Below, in pieces: positions 51,661-64,000 of a stretch of DNA of 64,000 nt. The DNA is from Eledone cirrhosa (Eukaryota), in NCBI GenBank assembly GCA_964016885.1, contig OZ024741.1, positions 206,460,001-206,524,000 of the forward strand, written 5' to 3'. Numbering within the stretch: the stretch's first letter is position 1; each line of letters opens with the position of its first letter. The notes beneath the pieces are model-generated. The model worked only from the letters and a program-made list of their open reading frames with translations. It had not been told where the DNA came from and did not search any database. The translations under genes and the position numbers were made by a program.

Positions 51661-51754
51661 AATTGTTTCTACTTTAGGCACAAGGCCAGCAATTACCCAG
51701 CACATTACTGGTACTTTATTTTATCGACCCCGTAAGGATGAAAGGCAAAGTTAA
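51661..51754 (-). mobile_element. 3' half of tRNA-derived SINE
   Basis: Reverse complement of the SINE central domain and tail. Its ATT tail abuts the Dong A 3' end. Confidence 0.85.
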
Positions 51755-51849
51755 TGAAATAATGATATCAGAGTCTCCTACCACACTAGAAATAACAGCA
51801 ATAAATATTGCAACTGCAGAGACTCTAGAAACTGCCCACTCCAGAGTCA

Positions 51850-52700
51850 CTGCCTGATTAAAAACGTTATATACTTGCACAGTAACTACCAGAAATATCA
51901 TGGGCGCGACCTCTAATGAGTTCAAGGCAAGATTTAGAGCGCATCTCCACTCGTTTAAAAATAGGAAACTCATGTCCTCAACCTCCCTTGCTAGCTATAT
52001 CATACAATTAATAGAATATCACATAAACTTCACTACCCAACGGAGTATAATAGGTAGAGCACCACCTTACAACTTTAAGAAGAAATGTCAGTTATGCCTG
52101 ATGGAAACATACTATATTGTAAGCTCACCCCACACGTTTATTAATAGCAGGACAGAAGCCGTTATAAACTGCCATCACAGACTACAGCACTCGTTCTATA
52201 ACTGGTCACTCGACCCAATATAACCATCTATCTCAACCGTAGCTTCAACTATACAACCTATACTAGCTTCTTCTAATAGATTAGCCAGAATACCTTAATT
52301 AATGCTGCTGATAACCAACACCATAACATGAACCTCGTTAACACCCACTACTTACCACTTTAAATCCACTCTACCATAATCATTTATCTATCTAGTATAG
52401 GCAATCATTTCCTAAAGGTACTTTTCAACTAATTTATCGTACAGTTACCTCCCTTAGTTATGCCCCTTTACAGCCGCCATTACTGTTGTTTAGAATGCAC
52501 TATGACATAAATTCAAAGGTTTATCTATCTCTGCCATGAATGTACTTTCACCCAGTTTGGCAGGATATATTAACTTCTATTGACATTTGTACTAACAAAT
52601 ACACCTCCTCTGAAGATCCTATGTTACTTCAATAACATAGGTGAAACATCATGTAAGAAGTATAAAATCCTTTTTTGTTCTAACGACTTGCGACTCCTAC
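51850..52700 (+). mobile_element. Penelope-like element 3' fragment (GIY-YIG + pseudo-LTR)
   Basis: NVIY..., GATSNEFKARFRAHLHSF..TSLASYI..CQLCLME..INSRTE..CHH, with a hammerhead downstream. Confidence 0.8.
52605..52660 (+). ncRNA. Type I hammerhead ribozyme in Penelope pseudo-LTR
   Basis: CUCCU-CUGAAGA-u-CCUAUGUUA cuucaa UAACAUAGG-u-GAAAC-AUCAUGUA-AGAAG. Stem II is 9 bp, the triplet is GUA, and stem I has one mismatch. Confidence 0.75.
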
Positions 52701-52895
52701 ATTTATCATTTATCATTTACCTGCTCTGCTTGAACTAAAATATTAACCCCTCTGTAATATTTAACACTGTTAATCCAAGCATCGAGCCCACCTCGCTTCG
52801 GCTACCGGTATTTAGTATACTGTATCGCACTTCTCTATACCTCTCTCTCCTTCTCACCCTCGCCTCCTCTCTTACGATACATATATCCTCTCATT

Positions 52896-53070
52896 GGCGG
52901 TAGAGAGTCGGACGCCATACTTTGCAGCAAAGAGTTACGGCCCTTTATGGTCTGAGTTCAAATCCCGCCAAGGTTAACTTTGCCTTTCATCCTTACAGGG
53001 TCGATAAAATAAAGTACCAGTAATACATTGGTATAATTGCTGGCCTTGTGCCAAACGTAGAAACAATTAT
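52896..53070 (+). mobile_element. tRNA-derived SINE
   Basis: B-box GAGTTCAAATCCC, central domain and GTAGAAACAATTAT tail. Confidence 0.85.
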
Positions 53071-53140
53071 ATATATATATATATATGTACACACACACAC
53101 ACATATATAATACAACACACACGCACGCATGCACACACAT

Positions 53141-53202
<62 letters not shown>

Positions 53203-53655
53203 GTGTTCAAATCATAGGGGATATGAAACCGCCAGGGTGGCGAATATATTAACTAAAGATATTACGGTTCACAGAACCCAATTAAAAGGACAAATTAATG
53301 TATACGAACCGACCGTAATAACTATTAACATCCAGACAGTTTCAAAGTAGAACTGTGTCGCAATTCATTAATGAGATATATAGACTTGGGATTGCTCGTC
53401 GGTGGATGTCCAAATCAATACACTCATCACTTTAAAAAAAATCATAAGAAGGCTAAAAATGCACGGGCGGCGTGTATATAATGTTCGACTACTAAAAATA
53501 GCAGCCCGGACCCATTCAACGCGGCGTAGAAATTTTCATTTAAAAACTCACAATATTCCCTATAATCAAAAATGCTCAAGGAAGAAATTCCGATCTGTTT
53601 ATAACACATCAAAGAAAGAAACGCTCTTACACACACACACGCGCGCGCGCGCGCA

Positions 53656-53688
<33 letters not shown>

Positions 53689-53806
53689 GCACACACCCAC
53701 ACCCACACACACACACACACTTTCCCCACACACGCACACACACATGTATATATCTATATTTATATCTATATCTTCATACATATACGTATACAGACGTACA
53801 GTAGCA

Positions 53807-53848
<42 letters not shown>

Positions 53849-54003
53849 TACATACAGGTACACATACATATATGCACGCATCAGTTTAGCGGACGCTTAT
53901 TATAACGCCGCTTTGTTCGTTTGTCAACAAACTGAACAGCCTGAATTTATGCCATACGGTGTTAAGGCAACCACGTCACCTTTTTGTTCAACACTGACAC
54001 AGG

Positions 54004-54048
54004 AACGATGTACTAGTTTCAAGCTTGTTAGCTATCATCAGCACCGTT
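54004..54048 (-). ncRNA. Minimal type I hammerhead ribozyme
   Basis: Exact reverse complement of 54225-54269. Confidence 0.85.
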
Positions 54049-54224
54049 TACCCATCTGCCAGATAGTTGAACGTTCGAAAGTATATACTTTCCTTATGAA
54101 AATTAACGGCTGAGCAGCCTAATTTGCATATTGAGTGAGTTAAATCGGTCAGGCATACCGAAAACGATAATTTTCATAAGGAAAGTATATACTTTCGAAC
54201 GTTCAACTATCTGGCAGATGGGTA

Positions 54225-54269
54225 AACGGTGCTGATGATAGCTAACAAGCTTGAAACTAGTACATCGTT
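54225..54269 (+). ncRNA. Minimal type I hammerhead ribozyme
   Basis: AACGGUG-CUGAUGA-u-AGCU aaca AGCU-u-GAAAC-UAGUA-CAUCGUU. Stem I is 7 bp, stem III is palindromic (ACUAGU) and the triplet is GUA. Confidence 0.85.
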
Positions 54270-54424
54270 CCTGTGTCAGTGTTGAACAAAAAGGTGACGT
54301 GGTTGCCTTAACACCGTATGGCATAAATTCAGGCTGTTCAGTTTGTTGACAAACGAACAAAGCGGCGTTATAATAAGCGTCCGCTAAACTGATGCGTGCA
54401 TATATGTATGTGTACTTGTATGTA

Positions 54425-54516
<92 letters not shown>

Positions 54517-54750
54517 TGCTACTGTACGTCTGTATACATATATGTATGTACGTATACATACATACTTACATTTAAGTAAGTGCCATACTAAGAGTGAGAA
54601 ATGAAATTTCGTTTTCATTTTTTTCAACTTATCGTTTTCGGTATGCCTGACCGATTTAACTCACTCAATATGCAAATTAGGCTGCTCAGCCGTTAATTTT
54701 CATAAGGAAAGTATATACACTCGAACGTTCAGCTATCTGGCAGATGGGTA

Positions 54751-54795
54751 AACGGTGCTGATGATAGCTAACAAGCTTGAAACTAGTACATCGTT
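54751..54795 (+). ncRNA. Minimal type I hammerhead ribozyme
   Basis: Identical to 54225-54269. Confidence 0.85.
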
Positions 54796-54944
54796 CCTGT
54801 GTCAATGTTGAACAAAAAGGTGACGTGGTTGCCTTAACACCGTATGGCAAAAATTCAGGCCGTTCAGTTTGTTGACAAACGAACAAAGCGGCGTTATAAT
54901 AAGCGTCCGCTAAACTGATGCGTGCATATATGTATGTGTACCTG

Positions 54945-54994
<50 letters not shown>

Positions 54995-55230
54995 TGCTAC
55001 TGTACGTCTGTATACATATATGTATGTACGTATACATACATACTTATATCTATATCTATATCTATCAATCAATCTATAGATATATATATATTTGGTTCAC
55101 CTCGAGAACGTAACCTTATTAAGTAATGAAGCTGCCTGATGAGATCATGGCACTAATTATGCAGAATCGCGTGGCCACTGCCACCGCCTTATCAATAAAG
55201 GACTTTAACATCAGCAACATCGCATTTTCT

Positions 55231-55370
<140 letters not shown>

Positions 55371-55758
55371 ATATATATGTATGTGTGTATGTGAGTGAGT
55401 GTTTCTCTCTTTGTTTGGTGTTTCTTGGAAAGGGAGTGAACAGCATGAATTTCTTCCTTGAGCATTTTTGATTATAAGGGAATATTGTGAGTTTTTAACA
55501 CAACATTTTAATTTTAATATATATATATAAGTGGTGTATATGAACACATATCCGAAAGGCTTATGTACAAAATTGTTCTCTTTGTTAATTTACTGAGATG
55601 GCGTTGACGTGTTCACAGAAAAAAGAGAAGATATATTTTCATATCAAATGTATTTTCTTTCAAGCGTTTATAATACATAAACTTATCGTATATGTTTTCA
55701 TATGCATCCCCAACATTAACAACGTTATGTTAGTGCTGCCGGCAATTTACACACACAC

Positions 55759-55795
<37 letters not shown>

Positions 55796-56085
55796 CTTAC
55801 ATATATGTGTTCGTGTGTGTGTATACATGTATGAATCTATGTATACATGTATATGTAGTGAAATGGTCAATGAAAATACAAAGAGTTCGTTGTATATAGA
55901 AACAAGGCTACTTTATCATGAATCGAATACAGGAATCATGTATGACGCTGCCTTAGGATTTATGGCAAAATTTCAAATGCATAGTGTAAAAGCCTGCTTC
56001 AAGATTCATAATTCAAAATATCTGAATGAGACTAAGAGATACAATGCAGATGACGTGAACAGAAAAATTCTTTGTATATATTATA

Positions 56086-57091
<1,006 letters not shown>

Positions 57092-57336
57092 ATTGAATAT
57101 ATGAGAGAGATGAACACAGATATAAGTATACATGTGTTCCAATTGCAAAGGATCAAGTTAACTAGGTTGAAAAAAATACTAACTTAAAACAAATATGGTT
57201 TGCCTGACTCGATTGAAAGTTAAAATCAATAAAAAGAACAAACCTATATCGGGCAAAAGCCTTTGATACCCAGACAGACTTAAATCTGTATCGCAAGAAT
57301 TATTAAATGAAAGACACTATTTCTGTGCTCTTCAGT

Positions 57337-57390
<54 letters not shown>

Positions 57391-57393
57391 ATA

Positions 57394-57452
<59 letters not shown>

Positions 57453-57457
57453 ATACT

Positions 57458-57511
<54 letters not shown>

Positions 57512-57582
57512 GGTATATGTATGTATATAAAAACAAGAAGTGTAAGTCAAAAGGGTATAATTGGCTTCGTTTATTCATATTC

Positions 57583-57641
57583 GCTGCTATATATATTTCA
57601 GTGATAGCCATTATTCAACAGTTATAACCTCATCAGCCAGT
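57583..57641 (-). ncRNA. Degenerate type I hammerhead (same family as 17597-17651)
   Basis: CUGG-CUGAUGA-imperfect long stem II-GAAA-UAUAUAUA-GCAG. Shares flanking ttggcttcgtttat with the 17.6 kb copy. Stem I has a mismatch next to the core. Confidence 0.55.
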
Positions 57642-57739
57642 AAGAACTTAAACAGAAAAAACAGGAAAACATAATGTTGTAATAGATTTTACTTTGTTAA
57701 TCCATTGATATGTTTAGATCCAGAGTATGGTGTTAATCA

Positions 57740-58150
57740 TCTTAGGAACTGAAAGCCATGAACAGATCAAGCCTCTCTAGAAAGGAGGTTGATATCATCC
57801 TAGTTGCTAGAAAAATATTACTTGAATTCGACGGTAAATTATGGGAGAGACAAAATAGACCAGATAGCTTTGATATTACAATGGGATCGAGTGACTCCGC
57901 CAAAGTTATGGACGTTGTCGGCTTGTACCCCCTAAGTAAACTAACGGACGAGATCCCTAGCATAGGCGGGGGCTTGTACAGAGACGGCGCTCTGCTCTTG
58001 GCCCGCAACAATAGGACAGTGAATTTCTTAGACGTGACATTAGAATTAGATACTGGTTTGTACCGCCCATACCATAAACCTAATGGGAACTTGAGATCGG
58101 AAATCCTAATAAACTTAGACACACCAGGAAGAATACATTCTTCGCCTTGA
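57740..58150 (+). mobile_element. Penelope-like (Neptune-type) RT fragment
   Basis: FDITMGSSDSAKVMDVVGLY, GLYRDG and VNFLDVTLELDTGLYRPYHKPN. Homologous to 23241-23819, with an internal deletion. Confidence 0.8.
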
Positions 58151-58993
58151 TATTCGGGCAGGTGCCACGGACAAACCATAACAAATTAAACACAACATAG
58201 GAATAACTACCACTATTTTCTCATTCCATATCTCATTTCATTACCACTGTTATCCTTGTTAATTTTTAATTTCTAATCCTTTTTTAGTTTCGATCCTGTA
58301 AATGTTAGGTCGCTTTCATTACCATACTCCCCCCTCGCACCACTAAATACACCCCCTTACACCCACCACCCTCACCTGCACCAACACATACCACATACCA
58401 TTGAGGCACACACAAACCACTAACACCGTACACTTCACCACAACTGTTTGCATCACCCCATCTTGTATCAATAATTTGACCACAATTATTCAACATCACT
58501 TCCTATATTCTTTCTACCACCAATTATCCCCACACGATATCATCTACATCCAACACCGATGCACATAGACCTGCACATATCTCGTGTGTGCGCACGCGTG
58601 TGTATACGAATGTATGTATGTACGTCTATGTATGGATGTGTATATATAGGTGTGTGTAAGGGTGAGTGAGTGTGCATGTAGCATATATGTTTGCCTACAC
58701 CCCTGCACAACCTTATAAATGTATGGGTCCCCCAGACTCTGACTTCACTTATCTCGTTGGCGTGTCCACATGCGGGGACGCAGACATATGTACGATACGT
58801 GCATGGGTCGATGTGTCCGGAATTACATATAACTCGTAGGATGCGTGCGTGAGCCCGTGGGGCCAGTGCGGGTGTCCAGGATGTTTGCATGAAAACTCCA
58901 TATCCCCTGCCACGAGCAGACGCATATAACAAGGCACGACATCTGGCTCCGTGTACCTCCCACGTGTGCCTATGTGGGGTGATATATATATAG

Positions 58994-59086
<93 letters not shown>

Positions 59087-59225
59087 CACCTATATATATA
59101 TCACCCCACATATATATATATATATTTTGGATATAGATATATAATACTGCTCCTTAATTGTAGAGCTAACTCTGTTGAAGGGAATTGACTGCTATTTCTA
59201 GTTGTCGAATACCTATTCACGCCAC

Positions 59226-61417
59226 TATACGTAGGCATATATATATATTTTCTTAGGCTAAAAAACAGAGAAGTTACAACCAAAAAGAGAGTGAGATGGT
59301 TACCAGTCAGAGATTAGCTTTAAACTATCTCTGTTATTGTATTAAATATTTACTCTTGATTGGCCAGAGGTTTATATTTCCAGGTACCTTATGAATTTGA
59401 CTTTCCGTATTTATTACTGTTGTGAAATATTGTGGCTTTTTTTGGTTGTAACTTCTCTGTTTTTTAGCCTAAGAAAATATATATATATGCCTACGTATAT
59501 AATTACATGCATATATGTATTTATTTTCTTTTATTAATTGAGTTCTTTACACGAGGAATTGATATTGGTTTTGAAATAACTAATTAACCCGCGTGTGTTT
59601 TATATTTTACTCTTTATTCGGCCGAAGAATTATATTCCCATTGCCCTTTATAGCATAACTTTCTGCATTTACTGCGGATATGAGAAGCGGTTCTTATTCG
59701 GGTACAACTTCTGATTTAGCCTAAGAAAATATCTATATGCGTGTGTAATTTATACACGCATATATTTATTTTTTTAATTTCAATTGAGTTCTTAAACACG
59801 TCGTATTGATAATGTTTTAAAAAAACTAATTAACCCGCGTGTATATTATTTTTTCCCCTCATTTCGTGAGTTGTCTCCCCTTCCCGTTTCGTGTCGCTAT
59901 GATACTTTCTCAGTCAAAAACTGCTGGAATTTCAAATTTGGCGGTTATTCGAGGTGATAGAGAGCTACTGTACGGACATGATTTTTGACAACGGTAAGAA
60001 ATTTGTTTTCTTATATCAATGTTTAATGGGCTTCCACTGACGATTTATAAATGCCCACCTAAATATATTCTTACATGAATATATATTAGGCTTCTACATA
60101 AACTGGAAACATTCTCCCAAACTTGTAGAAAACTTATAATGAAACAATTGTTTGGAAAGAGAGATATACTTTAACTTTAATTATATCTCATAAAATAATA
60201 CAACTGGTTTTTCAACATTATACATATTGTTAGCACCGCAAACACTTAAATTGGGTTTATATTTTAATATAACCTAATGTTTGTTGAGTGAGATGGTTAC
60301 CAGTCAGAGATTAGCTTTAAACTATCTCTGTTATTGTATTAAATATTTACTCTTGATTGGCCAGACGTGTTTATTTCCAGGTACCTTATGAATTTGACTT
60401 ACCGTATTTATTACTGTTGTGAAATATTGTGGCTTTTTTTGGTTGTAACTTCTCTGTTTTTTAGCCTAAGAAAATATATATATATGCCTACGTATATAAT
60501 TACATGTATATATGTATTTATTTTCTTTTATTAATTGAGTTCTTTACACGAGGAATTGATATTGGTTTTGAAATAACTAATTAAGCCGCGTGTGTTTTAT
60601 ATTTTACTCTTAATTCGGCCGAAGAATTATATTCCCATTGCCCTTTATAGCATAACTTTCTGCATTTACTGCGGTTATGAGAAGCGGTTCTTATTCGGGT
60701 ACAACTTCTGATTTAGCCTCAGAAAATATCTATATGCGTGTGTAATTTATACACGCATATATTTATTTTTTTATTTTCAATCGAGTTCTTAAACACGTCG
60801 GATTGATAATGTTTTCAAAAAAACTAATTAACCCGCGTGTATATTATTTTTTTCCCTCATTTCGTGAGTTGTCTCCCCTTCCCGCTTCGTGTCGCTATGA
60901 TACTTCCTCAGTCAAAAACTGCTGGAATTTCAAATTTGGCGGTCATTCGAGGTGAGAGAGAGCTACTGTACGGACATGATTTTTGACAACGGTAAGAAAT
61001 ATGTTTTCTTATATCAATGATTAATGGGCTTCCACTGACGATTTATAAGTGCCCACCTAAATATATTCTTACATGAATATATATTAGGCTTCTACATAAA
61101 CTGGAAACATTCTCCCAAACTTGTAGAAAACTTATAATGAAACAATTGTTTGGAAAGAGAGTTATACTTTAACTTTAATTATATCTCATAAATAATACAA
61201 CTGGTTTTTCCACATTATACATATTGTTAGCACCCCAAACACTTAAATTGGGTTTATATTTTAATATAACCTAATGTTTGTTGAGTGAGATGGTTACCAG
61301 TCAGAGACTAGCTTTAAACTATCTCTGTTATTGTATTACATATTTACTCTTGATTGGCCAGAGGTGTTTATTTCCAGGTACCTTATGAAATTGACTTTCC
61401 GTATTTATTACTGTTGT
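59226..61417. repeat. ~997-bp tandem repeat (2.1 units) preceded by a 60-bp inverted piece
   Basis: gagtgagatggttaccagtcagaga recurs at 59289, 60286 and 61283. 59226-59286 is the reverse complement of ~59439-59499. Each unit has an internal diverged duplication about 255 bp apart. Confidence 0.9.
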
Positions 61418-61447
61418 ACATAAACACATATATATATATATATATAC

Positions 61448-61632
61448 AATTGTTTCTACTTTTGGCACAAGGCCAGCAATTATCCCAGTGTATTAGTGGT
61501 GCTTTATTTTATCGACCCCGTAAGGATGAAAGGCAAAGTTAACCACGGCGGGATTTGAACTCAGACCATAAAGGGCCGTAACTCTGCCTCAAAGTATGGC
61601 GTCCGACCCTCTACTGATACCGCCAATCCACC
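61448..61632 (-). mobile_element. tRNA-derived SINE
   Basis: Full reverse-complement copy with B-box and central domain. Confidence 0.85.
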
Positions 61633-61823
61633 ATACATAATATAAGGACGAAAGGATAAGTCTTCATTACGTTTATTGGTTGGTGACGTGCGTTTTGCTA
61701 TTGATCAGCTCAAGGTTCGATCTGTATCGGATGTATACAATGTATACAATGCATATTCATTCTGTCATTACTACAACAGATGACCAACGAGATTTTGATT
61801 CCAGAGTCACCAACCAATAAACA

Positions 61824-61931
61824 TAATTGTTTCCACCTTTGGCACAAGGCCAGCAATTATCCCAGTACATTACTGGTACTTTATTTTATCGACCCCGTAA
61901 GGATGAAAGGCAAAGTTAACCTCGGCGGGAT
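61824..61931 (-). mobile_element. tRNA-derived SINE, 5'-truncated
   Basis: Central domain and tail only. Confidence 0.8.
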
Positions 61932-62077
61932 ATATAATGAAGGCTAACCATTCGTCCTCATATTATCATATTACACTCTACACCTCGCTACTGACGTGAA
62001 CCTAAACATCGGGTGCTCACCTGGGTGAACCTACATTAACTTCGCGTTACACTCCCTAGATATATATATATATATAT

Positions 62078-62281
62078 AACAAAGGAAGTGTGGTAAAGAA
62101 CCAGGTGGACCATAATGCACCAGAGTACTCGATACTTAGGGTAGTAGAGTGGGTAATAGGAAAAGAGTCAGGATCCTGACGGTTGAGCTCCGGCCGTTTC
62201 GACAGCTAGATCCGAACTCGGAGTTCGGATCTAGCCTACGAAACGACCGGAGCTCAGCCGTCGGGGTCCTGACTCCTCTCC

Positions 62282-62284
<3 letters not shown>
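62078..62284. repeat. Fold-back element, second copy of 22296-22505
   Basis: Same leader and arms with a different, fully paired apex (ctagatccgaactc g gagttcggatctag). Inserted in (TA)n. Confidence 0.85.
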
Positions 62285-62375
<91 letters not shown>

Positions 62376-63296
62376 CGCGCGTGTCTGTGTATGCTTGTGT
62401 GTGCGTGTATTTTATAGAATTTATATCTGTATTAATATAGAGTGTGTAACCGAGACTGCACGAACGCGTTTAAATATATACATATATCTAATTTTGAGGA
62501 ATGTAAACATGCTTTATGGTACGAATTTCCTCGTAAAACGAGAAAATGTTAAACATCTTTAATCGATTTTCGGATTTTATTGTGCACTTATTAGAAGGCG
62601 TGTTCATCATCCAATCAACCACAAAGAAACATGTATTTGATGGTTATATATACCCAGTCACTCCCAGTATTATTCTGAAATGGATATGTGTGTGTTTGTG
62701 CGCGGTACATGTAAAACTGTCTCAGTACTCTAAACTTCTCAATATGTATATCTATCTGTGGAAATGGAACATGTATATATATCCTGTTTTATGGGGTTTT
62801 TTAAACATTAGAATTTTGATATATTCCAATATATTGATAATTTCACAATGGTTATGCCGCGTTGTTGTATCATTGATATTTAACACATTTGAAAGGATGA
62901 AATTGTGCTTTTTGCCAACTCGGTAACTGTATGTCGTAATTAGTTGACGGCCTCAGGTTGAACATATTTTGAAAATCTATTCACGAAAATGTCAGATCAT
63001 TAAGATCCTATGCTGGATATTCTTATGCAACTTCGAGTTAGGAAATATAAATTAGATATAGTTGGAAATCAAGAAATAAATTAGATATATTTCGATAACA
63101 AGAGGAGAAAAACCCGTAGGTTAACAAAAGTCGTGACTACATGACCGCAAAAAGGCCAGAGCAAATTTGTATTAATACAAATGCTGTTGAAGTATTCGAG
63201 ACAAGATTATTACGGAATCATGCACGCATACACACACATACATATATACAATACATACATGTCTATGTATGTGTATATATACATATACATGTATTT

Positions 63297-63416
<120 letters not shown>

Positions 63417-64000
63417 GAGAAAGTTTGTTAAATGTAAATATAGGTCTACATCAAAGTCTGTTTACCGGAAAAATAATCACACAATTTGCGCCCCTTCTAT
63501 GGCGATGCCATGTTTTGTTTTTCAGCCATCAGTTCTGTTAGTAATTCATTCATCACTGCAAAATTATATATTATTATGTGATACTGTAGTATAATTTAAG
63601 AGAAACATGCATGTTATTTCTATCAGATTGAGCGACCTCGTACGACCCCATACAGGCTCGATTGTTAGATTATGATCTTTGATATTGTAATTCTTTCCTC
63701 AATGAGTACTACTATGATCAAAGCACATTGACGACACATTGTATCTACATCTATAAAAGCCAGTTGTCTGTTGAATGTGTTTCTTATATGAGAGGGTGGA
63801 GGGAGATTCGGGTGTTATTTCTAATAAGTCAAGTATCCAAGTAGATCTGTTCTCGTTGATGATGATGTTGTGACATGAAGATGTGGTAACCATTAAGTCA
63901 ATATTGGAATTTTGGTGACGATGATACTAAGTATTTTATTCTTGCTCTCTAAGGATATTTTGAAATCCCTAAAGCCATCACTTAATGGTACGTTAAGTAC

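Larger units (their letters stand above)
53787..55045. repeat. Non-coding hammerhead repeat array (one inverted partial copy plus tandem direct copies, period 526 bp), retrozyme-like
   Basis: 53787-54170 is inverted relative to the direct copies. The direct hammerheads at 54225 and 54751 are 526 bp apart. The copies are almost identical. Confidence 0.85.

Noticed and set aside
55130-55175. CTGCCTGATGAGATC motif
   Set aside because: No stem II/GAAA partner found.
63699-63893. ILDLL...YKK weakly like a Penelope RT thumb
   Set aside because: Too degenerate to support.

Overview
AT-rich, microsatellite-dense eukaryotic DNA. An animal genome, probably a cephalopod or other mollusc, is an inference from repeat style, not a database result. 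The only host coding sequence I can support is the first coding exon of a cholecystokinin/gastrin-receptor-like GPCR (minus strand, 30448-30859). No next exon is recognisable, so 1-30447 probably lies in a >30 kb intron. Most of the rest is transposable element. (1) Two trains (1-11.4 kb and 33.2-51.75 kb) hold R4/Dong-clade RLE LINEs (two families) and Tx1-clade APE LINEs stacked into (AAT)n/(ATT)n tracts in opposite polarities, often in the (ATT)n tails of a tRNA-derived SINE. They include one fully open Tx1 element (40465-46476) that appears mosaic and has a possible ORF1-ORF2 fusing mini-intron. (2) There are several Penelope-like element remnants and about nine minimal type I hammerhead ribozyme motifs. 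These include a non-coding tandem/inverted hammerhead repeat family (retrozyme-like; 17.2, 18.4 and 53.8-55.0 kb) with a covarying hairpin and, in two of the three loci, an octamer motif. (3) Other repeats are an RTE fragment, a deleted Tc1/mariner, fold-back elements and a ~997-bp tandem repeat. Most short ORFs in the track are microsatellite or antisense artefacts. All coordinates were read by eye and TE boundaries are approximate.
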